This document shows positions 37,220-50,195 of a stretch of DNA of 64,000 bases, one piece after another; position 1 is the first letter of the stretch; each line of letters begins with the position of its first letter. The stretch is taken from positions 5,084,001-5,148,000 of the forward strand of contig NC_043000.1 in the NCBI RefSeq assembly GCF_006345805.1. Reading direction: 5' to 3'. Position numbers and translations under genes: made by a program. Origin of the DNA: Octopus sinensis. Its lineage: Eukaryota. The notes under the pieces were generated by a model. It had not been told where the DNA came from, did no database searches, and saw only the letters and a program-made list of their open reading frames with translations.

Positions 37220-37860
37220 ATAGCAGCACCACCACCATTACTACTACTACTGTTGCTGTTGCTGCTTCTGCTACTACTACTACTACTATCACAACCACTA
37301 TCACCACAGCCAACATCATCATCACTACTACCACAATCTTCATTATCACCGTTATTGCTACTGCCATATTCTTCATCGTCATCATCATTATCATCATCAT
37401 CACCACTAATAGCACCAGCCCCACCACATCTGCCACCACCACCACCACCACCACCACCACACCACCACCGCTACTACAATTGCAACTACTGTGGTTGTTA
37501 ATACTCCTACTATTTCTAATATTGCCAATTTCTTCTACAGCTGATGCCACAGCCACTGCTGCTGCTGCTGCTACTACTACTACTACTACTAAACAATATC
37601 ATCATCGTTATTGCTACTACCATCATCATCACCATCATCATCATCATCCTTATCACCATCACTACCAATACCACAACTATCCACACCATCACAACATCCC
37701 CTGCCATCACCATATTCACCACTACCCCGACCACCACTATCACCATCATCTCCACCATATCCTCCTCCTCCACCACCACCACCACCGCCCCCCGCCCTCA
37801 TCCCCCCCACCACCATTATCACCACCATCATCACTAGTACCACTATCAGCCTTCTCCTCC
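37220..37860. repeat. Cryptic trinucleotide simplicity (CAC/CAT/ACT)
   Basis: Read directly; produces spurious T/H/I-rich ORFs. Confidence 0.85.
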
Positions 37861-38227
37861 TCATCACTAATGTTTTAAGTACCTGATATATACCTGATAT
37901 TCTATTCACCAACAAGTTTTTTTTAGATGGGCCAGTCTGCAAATGAACTTCACTCCTATGAATGTCTCAAATGCTGAGACATAACTCACGTATAGGTATC
38001 CTCCAAAGTATTTCTGCCAGTTACATAGCTACATTTTTTTACATCTACTATGGATTATGTGTGTGTGTGTGCGCACATGTGTGTGTGTGTACATGTGTGT
38101 GTGTGTGTGTGTTTTGCAACCCATATCTCAAGCTGCAACAAATTTCCAACCGGTAGTGAGAACTTGGTTTATGAATTTCAGGGATTTTGACAAGTGTGGA
38201 ACCACCCCTTAGCTATCTTTTGCTCCC

Positions 38228-38779
38228 AGGTGCAGGCATGGCTGTGTAGTATGAAGCTTGTTTCCCAACCACATGGTTCCAGGTTCAGTTCCACTGTCTG
38301 GCACCTTGGGCAAGTGTCTTCTACTATAGTCTTGGGCTGACAAAAGTCCTGTGAGGGGATTTGGTAGATGGAAACTGAAAGAACCCTGTTGTATATAAAT
38401 ATATACATACATCGTGATCGTTACCTGCGTCACCTTACTGGCACTTGTGCTGGTGGCACGTGAAAAAACATTTGAGCGAGGTCGTTGCTAGTGTCGCTGG
38501 ACTGGCTCCTGTGCAGGTGGCACATAAAAAGCACCATTTGAATGTGGCTGTTGCCAGTACTGCCTGACTGGCCCTTGTGCCAGTGGAATGTAAAAGCACC
38601 CACTACACTCTCTGAGTGGTTGTCATTAGGAAGGGCATCAAGCTGTAGAAGCTCTGCCAGATCAAATTGGAGCCTGGTGCAGCCGTCTGGTTTGCCAGAC
38701 CTCAGTCAAATTGTCCAACCCATGCTAGCATGGAAATCGGACGTTAAACGATGATAATGATGATGATGATGATGATGAT
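38228..38779 (+). mobile_element. Family A SINE head followed by an RTE-tail element
   Basis: Head and CORE 38228-38400; tandem GCAC units and (GAT)n tail 38411-38779. Confidence 0.7.
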
Positions 38780-39150
38780 CTCGTCTAGTTGTATTCTACC
38801 TCTGACCAGCTCCTGTGCATGTAAACCTACTCCAGCACTCTCTATACAACCTGGGAGAGCCTACACCCCCCTTCTGTCATTAAGTAGGTTACTGGAACTT
38901 TGGCTACAAGGAATAGACTTGGGATGAATACTGGAATGGCTTTCTGTTGCCTTCTCCAGACAGGTTGGATTTGAACTCAGAATTCTAGAGAACCAGAAGA
39001 TATATTGTGAAGCATTTCTGCTGATGTACAAATGATTCTGTCGCTTTTCCACTTGCAGAGCAACAGGAAGTGAAGTGCATTGTTCAAGAACACATGTGAC
39101 CCAGTCCAGAAATCAAAACCATGATCTAATGACTGTGAGTGCAACATCCC

Positions 39151-39395
39151 GTGGAGGCACATGGCGTAGTGGTTAGGGTGTTGAACTTACGATTGTAAGA
39201 TTGAGGTTTCAATTCCTGGACCAGATGACGTGTTGTGTTCTTGAGCAAAACACTTCGTTTCACATTGCTCCAGTCCACTTAACCGGCAAAAATAAGTAAT
39301 CCTGTGGTGGATTGGCATCCCATCCACGTGGGGGCTTCATATGCTATGGAAACTGGGAAACTGTCCCTTATGAGTCAGCATCACTCAAGAAGTAA
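39151..39395 (+). mobile_element. SINE family C
   Basis: GGAGGCACATGGCGTAGTGGTTAGGG head; TTGAGCAAAACACTTC core. Confidence 0.75.
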
Positions 39396-39483
39396 CATTT
39401 TTTTTTTTAGTGCAACACCTTAACATAGGCCATATGCTATCACATACATATATGAAATGACAACAGAAAAAAGATGGTATAAT

Positions 39484-39567
39484 CATATCCCAGAAAAGGT
39501 CTCAGAAAATAACAAAGCAAATATACTCTGGGATGTGCCAATACACACAGATAGAAAAATCTAGGCC
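39484..39567 (+). mobile_element. R4/Dong-like REL fragment
   Basis: Matches 42420-42505 (HIPEKVSENNKANILWDVPIHTDRK). Confidence 0.7.
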
Positions 39568-39662
39568 ATGTGCCATCATATACATATATATATATAGACA
39601 TGTGTGTATGTGTATGAGTGTGTGTGAGAGGGAGATATCAACTCTGTTACAAAAGGTGTTAA

Positions 39663-40031
39663 TATTCTTTTCTGCTCTAGGCAGAAGGCCTGAAACATTG
39701 GGGGAGGGGGCCAGTCGATTAGATCGACCCTGGTACGCAACTAGTACTTAATTTATTGACCCCAAAACAACAAAAAGCAAAGTTGACCTCAGCGGAAAAA
39801 ATATTCTTTTCTATTCTAGACATAAGGCCTGAAATTTTTTCTGGTGTGGGGGCAAGTGGGGCAGTCGATTAGATCGATCTCAGTATGCAACTGGTACTTA
39901 ATTTATTGACCCCGAAAGGATGAAAGGCAAAATTGACCTCGACGGAATTTGAACACAGAACATAAAGACAGACGAAATACCCTAAGCATTTCACCCAGCG
40001 TGCTAATGTTTCTGCCAATCTCACCACCTTA
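39663..40031 (-). mobile_element. SINE family B dimer (one full copy plus one 3' half)
   Basis: Two tandem copies flanked by TTACAAAAGGT at 39647 and 40029. Confidence 0.75.
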
Positions 40032-40880
40032 CAAAAGGTATTGATAATGAAAAAGAAAAGAGCCCAGAGAATGGTTCATTGGTGAAAGTCTTGCGAGCAG
40101 AAGAGTATAGTGCAGGTTCAATGACAGTGTATAATGTTAAGAAACAGGAAATAAAAAAAATATAATTTTTTACTGGCACCAAAAGTAAGGCTATTAAAAA
40201 TGGAAAAAAACATTAAAAGATAATGCTTGACTTTTATTTAGATTACATGCAGGAACCAATGCATTTTGGAAGAGGATTTACTGCAAAATGTTAATGTAAA
40301 TAAATGATTATTCTTTGTTTATAATTTTTCTAAAAAATTTTTCCAAGTATCAGCATGCTTATTTTTCTTTGCTTTTTCTCCTAATCTACTTAATTTTGAG
40401 TAGCCGCAGACTAACACTTGTAATAATGGAGCCAAGTATGCGTGAACTAGATTTATGCCTATGTATACTAAATTGGTACAGTACAATCAATATATGCATT
40501 ATTTTGCTATTTTTTCTCTTCTTTTTCCTTTATCCTAAGCTTCACTGGTTTTGAAAATCTGCAATTCTTGCATCTGTCTGATCTCAAGCTTCCAAGATTA
40601 GTGAGGTTTAACTTGTGGAAGGAAGGTACTGTTCTTGTATTAAAAACATGAATCTAATTAGTTTTATAGAATGGGAGGGGGATGTCAACAGAGAAAGATA
40701 GAAGAAATAGAGACACTGAGACTGGAATAGATTATAAACTCCCTCTCTCTCACACAAACACTATCAAACGTGGGAAAATTTTGAAAACTAGAATTACTTT
40801 AGTTAAGAAATATTTCCTTTTCCTGACCAAATTAGATACTTTCAGCTTCTTTTGGAAAAATAAAACATTTAAAATAGTAA

Positions 40881-41090
40881 AGCATTTGGAATAGTAAAGC
40901 CATATCCAACTCAAATATTTTACTGTTTCATGTTCAAACTGACTAGATCCAGCCCCTTTCACCAATCCTACAATGCCATTCTAAAAATAAGCAATTACAT
41001 CATTGAAATATTGAAGTTATGCGATAAAGCATGATTAATTCAAAACAATGTGAATAAATAAGCATTAAATTTGACATTAATCTGAATGCT
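40881..41090 (+). mobile_element. piggyBac-like MITE family 1, decayed
   Basis: Body matches 2937-3154; termini eroded. Confidence 0.55.
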
Positions 41091-42030
41091 TATGTTTCAA
41101 GACTGATAAAGACTTGTGAGATGGAAGTGTTAGAGAAAAGCTGAGGGAGTAGAACTGGCTACTATAGCAAACAATAATATTATGCTAATAAGAAAATGTT
41201 TTGGTGAGTAACTGAGGCATTGGTTATCTTATTTCAGGTTTTTGATAACAGTGTACATTATATGATTCATGTCTATTTCGTGCACAACACAGCATAAATC
41301 AAAAGTGAAGAAATAGATTAAAATATTATAAAACCTTACTGTGAGTGAAATATGATCGTAAACTTATTTTATGCTTTTGATGTGTGAAAAAAATAAAAAG
41401 AGAGAGCGAGAGAAAGGGAAGCAGAAGTTTCTTGATGGACTGTTTCACAGTTTGTTAACTGCTCCTCAGAGAAAATGTGTTCATCTTCCTTCTCCAAACA
41501 ATATCACTGGTCAGCTGCTGTATTAAAGCAGTCATAAATTATTTGTGCTTTTGATGGATCATCATCAATTAAATCAATGTAGGTATATCATTTTCATATC
41601 CAAATATAATTAAGATGAAAGCAAAAGATATGTCTTGTCTAGTTAAACAAGATGCTATCACTACCATTTGATATTGGTACTTTGAAGCATGAAATAAAAA
41701 TAAATACAAAACACAAAATAAGAGAAAAAAAATTAACCACTGAATGATGAATAGCAGGATAGAAAGAAGATTATATAAGCAACGTATGGAATATGTGTTT
41801 ACAAAAAAAAAGGTTTATTTTTTAAAAATTTGTATTTGACATTCAACCATTTGCTATACTATGCTATAACAAACAAATATTTTAAAATGCCAATTTTCAT
41901 AAATGTTTTCCCCTTTTTTTATTTATTCTTCTGAATAATTAATTTACAAAAAGCTCTAAAAAACTGAAAATATATTATCCAGGAAATTTTCAGCAAAACA
42001 AAAAATCCAAAAAAAAAAAGTAATTGTAAT

Positions 42031-42252
42031 AAATATTTCAAATTTTGGCACAAGGCCAGCAATTTCGAAGGGAAGAGGGGAAGTTGTTTACAGTGATCCT
42101 AGTACTCAACTGGTAGTTATTTCATTGACCCTAGAGGAATGAAGGGCAAAGTTGACCTCAGTGGAATTTGAACTTGGAATATAATGAATTCGAAAAAATG
42201 CCACTAAGCATTTTGCTAGATGTGCTAATGATTCTACTAGCTCAGCACCTTA
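42031..42252 (-). mobile_element. SINE family B
   Basis: Matches 3243-3458. Confidence 0.7.
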
Positions 42253-42255
42253 ATA

Positions 42256-42352
<97 letters not shown>

Positions 42353-42354
<2 letters not shown>

Positions 42355-42865
42355 TACCTAGATGCATTGGAAGCTATGCCAACACTGTGGAATTATAACA
42401 AAAAAAAAAGATGCTATAGGCATATCCCAGACAAGATCTCAGAAAATGACAAAGCAACCATACTCTGGGATATGCCAATACACACAGATAGAGAAATCAA
42501 GGCTAATAGACTGGATATAGTTGTCAGAGATCATCAAGAAAAAATGCCTTCTAAGCGAGATATCAGTCCCAACAGATGACAATGTATCTCTAAAAGAAAC
42601 AGAGAAACTCTCAAAATACAAAGATCCGGTAATAGAGATAACCTGAATATGAAGCCTAAAAACAGATACATAACCAAAACACCAGGACTTACGAATGTAT
42701 AAAACATACAGAGAATAGCACAACTAGGTAGTGCACACGTCTTATGTAAAGCACTTTCGATACCGTGAAAATAACAAAACCAAAACAAACCACAGCACAT
42801 ACCCAAGGCACACAGAGCTGTGCTCAGTAGTGCAGTGAATGCATGTTATAAAAATAAGACTACTG
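42353..42865 (+). mobile_element. 5'-truncated R4/Dong-clade non-LTR retrotransposon in (AAT)n
   Basis: YRHIPDKISENDKATILWDMPIHTDREIKANRLDIVVRD (PD-(D/E)xK-type REL region), EKLSKYKD, ending RIAQLGSAHVLCKALSIP*; (AAT)n on both sides. Confidence 0.85.
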
Positions 42866-42898
42866 AATAATAATAATAATAATAATATAATAATAATA

Positions 42899-42941
<43 letters not shown>

Positions 42942-42956
42942 TTCTTCTTCTTCTTC

Positions 42957-42994
<38 letters not shown>

Positions 42995-43004
42995 TATTAT
43001 TATT

Positions 43005-43468
43005 GAGTGAGAGAGCAGTGCATGCCATCAAAGTGACACTGGGGTAAAATATACGAAGCCCAGTATACCCATCATGTCTACCGGTCTGATAAGGGTACAC
43101 GAGGCACATGCATCATGACCATATGTGCGTGACATGGTGATCTCATATTAAGACAAACAGTGCATGACCTTGCAGGTGGGGCCCAGTTAGAATTTTCTTC
43201 TGGTTGAGTAACCCATCCCGCTCAAAAGGTCAACGAGTAAGGGTTGTTTAAGGATGTTGAATGAAACACCCATGTTTCCAGAGGTGAATTATTCAAACCC
43301 CAAAGGATCCCTCTCAACACATGGCTATAATGCTCCCCCTCTACTTCTGCTCATGATCAGAGATGCACATATTGTCAGCCACTAAGGGACATGCCCAACT
43401 GGTTAAGATCAAGCAACTGACAAGCAAATCTGTGACAATGAGCAGAATATTTGTTGTAGCCCATCTTT
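43005..43468 (-). mobile_element. Unclassified (AAT)n-tailed interspersed repeat
   Basis: Abuts (TTA)n 42901-43004, i.e. an (AAT)n tail on the minus strand; recalled as a recurring octopus repeat (unverified). Confidence 0.45.
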
Positions 43469-44044
43469 TATACCAAGACAAAACAATGTACATGATAACA
43501 CTTCCAATTGTTGTTGTTGTTATTATTATTATTATTGTTATTATTATTTTGCAAGAATGTGTTTCAGTGATTATTAAAAGAAAGTCAATTCTGGGAAAAA
43601 GCTTCATTTTATAAATAATCCGAAAGCGTTCATCTTGAGATAAATCAAAATCTTTCCTTTTTATGAAATTCAATAAAAAAAAAACACCATGCTTTATTTA
43701 TCCTGTTCGTTAACTTTTACAAACTTATTTCTCGGCTACAAATTTAACTTTAGGGGCTGTTTTCTCCTTCATGTTAGCAGCTAGCTCTAATCAATGTCCA
43801 GCGTTAATTAAATATTCAAATGTTGATCTATTGAGGAAGAATCTTAGCAAACATAACAGAGGCTGGCTTTAGACAGTAATTAAATGCGAACAGGAAGTTT
43901 AAGCTAGAGTATGGCTTTAAGGAAAACCGGGACGTATTTGATGGTTTCTTCAGTAGTCTTTAGGTGTGTAAACTAAATACAGACAGGAAGTCTGAATAAA
44001 TCTAGCAATGAATTTCACCTCTGCAAAGAAATTATGCTAAGGTA

Positions 44045-44794
44045 TCTTTTATCTTTTCTTTGATCATTTGCTTGTTTCAGTCACTGGACAGTGGCCATAC
44101 TGGAGCACCACTTTGATGGGTTTTGATGAACAAGTTGACCCCAGTAAATATTTTTTAAGTGTGGTACTTATTCTGTTGGTCTCTTTAGTGGAGCTGTAAG
44201 CAAACCACCACCAGTTGTTAAGCATTGGTGGGGGACTAATACAGCATAAATACACACACACATGACAGGGTTCCTTCTGTTTCTATCTACAAAATCCACT
44301 CACAAGGCTTTGGTTGGACTGGGGCTATGGAAGAAGACGATTGTCTAAGGTGTCATATAGTGGGACTGATTCTGAAGACCATGTGGTTGGAAATCAAACT
44401 TCTTACTACATGGCCATGATGCCTGAGCTGATTGACATCCACACCTGCACCTATAACACAGTCATATCTGTGTCAATATATTCATATATATATATAAGTT
44501 GAACAAATTGACCCCAGGACTTATTCTTTGTAAGCCTAGCACTTATTCTATCAGTCTCTTTTGTTGAACTGATAAGTTATGGGGACATAAACCCACCAGC
44601 ATCGGTTGTCAAGCGATAGGTGGTGGGGAGACAAACATGTATATATGACAGCTTCTTTCAGTTTCTGTCTACCAAATTTGCTCACAAGGCTTTGGTTGGC
44701 CTGAGGCTATAGTAGAAGACTTTTGCCCAAGGTTCCATGCAGTGGGACTGAACCCAGAACCATGTGGTTGGGAAACATACCACACCTCCATGCC
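44045..44794 (-). mobile_element. Two tandem family A SINEs (44045-44423; 44497-44794)
   Basis: Two reverse-strand head/CORE sets. Confidence 0.75.
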
Positions 44795-44807
44795 TATATA
44801 TATATAT

Positions 44808-45039
44808 ATCATCATCATCATTTAGCGTCCGCTTTCCATGCTAGCATGGGTTGGACGGTTCAACTGGGGTCTGTGAAGCCGGAAGGCTTCATCAGGCCCA
44901 GTCAGATTTGGCAGTGTTTCTACGGCTGGATGCCCTTCCTAACGCCAACCACTCCGCAAGTGTAGTGGGTGTTTTTTTACGTGCCACCTGCACAGGTGCC
45001 AGACAGAGCTGGCACAACGGCCACGAACGGATGGTGCTT
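44808..45039 (-). mobile_element. RTE-tail element
   Basis: (ATC)n followed by the reverse-complement RTE tail. Confidence 0.75.
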
Positions 45040-46174
45040 GGTGCATGTATGTGTATGTATGTGAATGTGTGTGTATGTATGTATGCATGTGTGTGTGTGT
45101 GTATGTGCATGTGCATGTATGTGTGTGCATGCACATTTTCACGTTTGTCATCCCATCACTTAGCAACTGATGTTGACTTACATTCGTGCATCTTAGTGTT
45201 TCATTCAAAAAGAGATTGATAGAATAAGTAGCAGACATCAAAAACCATAAGCACTAATGTCAATTTCTTTGACTAGAAAACCTTTCAAGCTGGTGTCCCA
45301 GCAAGGCTGCAGTTCAATGACTGAAATAAACAACAGATAAATAATAAAAGATAAAGAAAAGAAAATAAATACTTCAAGCTCAAGGGGTTTTTTTGGGGGG
45401 ATTTTTGCAGCATTGTAACATCGTGGGTCATTTGGTGCGCAAATAAATACAAGCAATCTCATTGGTTTATCATTAACTTTTGTGACAACAGAAGATGTAA
45501 AGATTTCTTGCTTAATCACTGGGCCCAGAAAACTGAAGTACATAAGGCATAAAATAAAGAAAATTCCACAAACATCTACAAAATAACATCTATTAACATT
45601 AAAGCTCCTGCTTTTTATATTTCTTTCTTTTCTTTTTTTTTCCTAGCGCCATTCTATAATTTTCTGCAAACATCCTTCTTACTTTTTATTGCCTGTTTTC
45701 AACTGAAATAACCCTGTTCGATTAAACTGAACACCAGTAAACTGGAAAATTGAATGCAAAGGTTTACTCCCAGAAAGCAAAACAAGAATAATATATGCTC
45801 AGTTGGCCAAAAAAAAAAAAAAAAAGAAGAAAATACTTTGAAAAGATCCATAAATCTCACTGTGTGTGTGTGTGTGTTAAATATATTTTTTTTTGTGTCA
45901 GCAAGAGTGGGAATGTGCTATCCACAAATGTATCCAGCTAAACATGCTATCAAGCATAAGAGTATGATAATACTTATATATATGTATATAGATGTATCTA
46001 TATAGTATAATATGTAAAAAAAAATATATATATTTATATGTACATATATATATACATACCTTTATATGTATATAAATATATATATATACATACATTTATA
46101 TGTATATATATATATATATATATACATACATTTATATATATATATATATATATAATATATATATATATACATAC

Positions 46175-46217
<43 letters not shown>

Positions 46218-46687
46218 TACATTTATATGTATATATATACATACACACACACAGATGTATAAAATGTACATACATGTATAATGAGATAAATAGAAAGAAA
46301 GTGTGAGAGAGAGAGAAGCAATCAGACAGGTAAATTAATAGATACAGATAAATATCTTCAGACAAAAAAAACAAAAACAAAAGGGAAGTTGATAATATTG
46401 TATAACACACATTTATAATACTCCTGGTACACACACTCAAACGCACAGATTCACACACATATATACACACATGGAATCCTTTCGTTAAGAATCTTGCAGT
46501 TTATCAACTCCCCGGCTGGAGCAGCTGGCAAGCAGACAAATGCAAACAGACAAACCAATAAATGGAAACATATGATGGATTAACGATGATGAGAAATCCA
46601 TTAATTGCTGGGCTTCTATTTGAAATGCAATAAGAAAACTGAGGATTTTGTGAGATTGCAGAAACTGATAAGGAATTCTTTATTTAA

Positions 46688-46908
46688 CCCTTTCATGACC
46701 AACCCTGCTGAAACCGGCTCTGGCTCTGACTACAAATGTCTTGTTTTCATAAGTTTTGACTTAAAATCTACCCCCAAACCTTAGTCACAATTTATGTTCC
46801 TAACACTAGCTTAATGATAACTAAGTTATTTTACTAAATTCTTTGTTATATTTATAATTAATTGAAAGAAACACAGAGCATCTCAAAATAAATACAGTAG
46901 CAAAAGGG
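46688..46908 (+). mobile_element. piggyBac-like MITE family 2, intact ends
   Basis: TTAA|CCCTTT...AAAGGG|TTAA, with TTAA duplicated on both sides. Confidence 0.8.
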
Positions 46909-47901
46909 TTAATTTGAAAGAATGATGCTGTAACGATAGTTATTGGCAATCATTGAATGAATAAATCCGAAACAAATTTTTTTAGTTTTTTTTTTCTTTT
47001 ATAAGCAACTCATATAAATTGTTTTGGTTTTCTTTTTACCATTTTTCTTGTAGATCAAAGTATCTGAGACTATCTGGTTCTGTGATTTCGTATCATTATT
47101 GACATTTAATGTCTATGTTCCATGTTGTCATAGGCAACATAGTTTGACAGGGTCTGATGGGGTCACTGACTGCATTGTGTTTCAAAATCTGCTTTGCACT
47201 GGTTTCTACAGTTGAATGTCCTTCCTGATACCAACCATTTTTCAATGTATCCCGGATACCTTTTCGCATGGCACCAGCACTAGTGAGGTCACCATTTACC
47301 TTGAAAGACTAAAATTGCCTTTGACTGAGTGGAGTTGCAATAGAGAAGGAAGTAACATTATGCTAGGAGATGAGAGAAGGGCCAGAAAAAAAGAGGGTTT
47401 CTTGCTGTACAGAGCTACATGGCTATTCACATTATAAAAGAGCAGTTAGGAATGACAGGGGTGGAGCTGGGAAGGGATAAAATAGTGGGGATGAGGCATC
47501 AGGGCTGACCATCAAAGCACAAACAAGGTGAATAGAAGTGAGAGGTGACAGGAGAACAAGAAAAATGAATTTCAAAATGATGATGATGACAATGATGACA
47601 ATGAGGATTAGGATGATGATGACAATAATGATGACGACGATGACGATGATGACAATGAGGATGAGGAGGAAAATGAGGATGATGATGACAATAATGATGA
47701 CGACGACGACGATGACGATGATGGTTCCATTTTCATATCTGAATATGAAGAGTATGTTGGGAATAAAAATATGGCATTGATTAAATGAGTGGTTTGGTTT
47801 TATTTTTTTTTAATGTAGTTATTCACAAAATATTAACAGATTACACTTAGACATGTTATATACTATATGTTTATATATATATCTATCTATCTATATATAT
47901 A

Positions 47902-47948
<47 letters not shown>

Positions 47949-48214
47949 CTCACACACACACACATATATATATAGCCTTTTGCAGTATCAGTTTTTTTTC
48001 TGATAAATTTATGGTTTTATTAGTAAGTGATAACTAATAGTTCACTGTAGAACTAAACACCATTGTTAGAATCAATAGTTTATAGACTGTCGGTGATGTA
48101 CTGCTATGTATATTCCTGGCAAAGTTACAAAGTCATTAAATTCTTGCTCTGTTGACCTAGTTCTAAATATTTTGTTATTGTTGTTGTTATATTCATCATT
48201 ATTAAACCTCAGCA

Positions 48215-48545
48215 TCTCGCTAAGGTTGACTTTGCCTTTTCATCGCTTCAGGGTCAAAAAATAAATACCTGTTGAACATTGGGGTTGATGTAATTGACTA
48301 GCACCTCCCTACAAAATTTCGGGCCTTGTGCCTTGCAAGCTAGCAGAATCTTACTGCACTGAGCAAAATGCTTAGTGGCATTTCGTCTGTCTGCATGTTC
48401 TGAGTTCAAATTCCATTGAGGTCAACTTTGTTTTTTACCATTTCAGGGTCGATAAAATAAGTACCAGTTAAGCATTGAGGTCAATATCATCAACTTACCT
48501 CTCCCTCAAAATTGTTGGCCTCATGCCAAAATTCAAAATCATTAT
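48215..48545 (+). mobile_element. Two SINE family B pieces in tandem
   Basis: Central and tail motifs appear twice; head at ~48335. Confidence 0.65.
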
Positions 48546-48547
48546 TA

Positions 48548-48600
<53 letters not shown>

Positions 48601-48604
48601 TTTA

Positions 48605-48887
48605 TTTATGTGCCCTTTTTGAGCCTAGCCAGGCTCATGGGCGTGGTTTCCCGGTTTCTGTGCCGTATGTGTTGCCCCAGCTGAACGGGACGCCAGTCCA
48701 TTGCAGTATTACTCAAGAAACAGCAAGAAAGAGTGAGAGAAAGTTGGGGCGAAAGAGTACAACAGGGGTTGCCACCACCCTCTGCTGGAGCCTTGTGGAG
48801 CTTTGGGCATTTTTGCTCAATAAACACACACAACGCCTGGTCTGGGAATCGAAACCGCGATCCTCCAACCGTGAGTCAGCTGCCTCC
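48605..48887 (-). mobile_element. tRNA-derived SINE (family D)
   Basis: Reverse complement of the 57893-58090 head (GGTTTCGATTCCCAGACC B-box). Confidence 0.7.
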
Positions 48888-49111
48888 ATTATTATTATTA
48901 TTATTATTATCATCATCATTGTTTTAATATCTTTTTCATTTTCCATGCTTGTATGGGTGAAACTGAATTTATTGAGACATATTTTCTAAAGTCTGATGCC
49001 CTTATTGTTTCCAAATTTAGTAATATTTTCCCTTGATATTTTAGCAAAATATTGGAAATGACTAACACACACACACACAAAGTAAAGATAAAGTTACTTT
49101 CTTGAATCATA

Positions 49112-49335
49112 CCGACTCATAAGGGCCAGCTTCATGGATTCGTGGCGTATATATACTTCACCTGGATAGAACCCCAGTCCATTGCAGTGTTACTCATTTT
49201 TGCCAGCTCAGTGGTCTGGAGCAATGTGAAATGAAGTGTTTGCTCAAGAAAACAATGTGTTGCCTGGTACAGGAATTGAAACCACAATCTTACGATCATG
49301 AGTCCAACACCCTAACCACTAAGCCATGCACATCT
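49112..49335 (-). mobile_element. SINE family C
   Basis: Reverse complement of 39151-39395. Confidence 0.7.
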
Positions 49336-49337
49336 AC

Positions 49338-49373
<36 letters not shown>

Positions 49374-50164
49374 TCCCTCTCTGACACATGCATGCACATA
49401 TACTGGGCTTTTTTTAGTTTTCATCTACCAAATCCACTCCAAAGGTTTTAGTCAGCCCAGAACTAAAGTGGAAAACACTTGTCTAATGTACCATGAAGTG
49501 TGACCAAATATGAAACCATGTCTAGGAAACAACCTATATATATATGTATGTATGTATGTGAGGGTGTATGTATGCACATGTTGTGTGTGTGTGGTGGAGT
49601 ATATGTATATATATATATGAAGGTTTATATGTGCATTCATTTGCTGTATATCTGTTCTTTCAGGTTTGGATGCATTACATGAATTGAGGCATTGATTTAC
49701 TCTACAGCTGGATGCTCTTCCTGTCCCTAACTATTACATATTTTCAATTAAGTAAGAGATATCTTGTTTCCCACAGAATTCAGATGGAATTCATTTAAGG
49801 CAGATTGTATTTTGTATAGTCGGATGCTTTCTGTGTTGCCAATCCTCACTACTTCCCAAGCAAGGTACTTTTTACCCGAGACCAGACGTGTTTCCATAGA
49901 AGACTGCAAACAAGCAGCACCACTTGTGATGATTGTGATGCTTGCTCACAATTATTAAGCAATGTCAAGACAAGGACACACACACACACACACACGCACA
50001 CACATGCACATGCACACACATATACATGCACACTCTCACACACACACACATGCTGCTCTTTACAAGAATGGCAAAGTAAATATTAAAATGATGATCACAC
50101 ATACATGCATATATATATATATATATATATATACATACAAGTATATATATATATACATACATGC

Positions 50165-50195
<31 letters not shown>

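Noticed and set aside
37159-37878. Longest ORF (239 aa; T/I/H-rich)
   Set aside because: Cryptic trinucleotide repeat that is open in several frames on both strands
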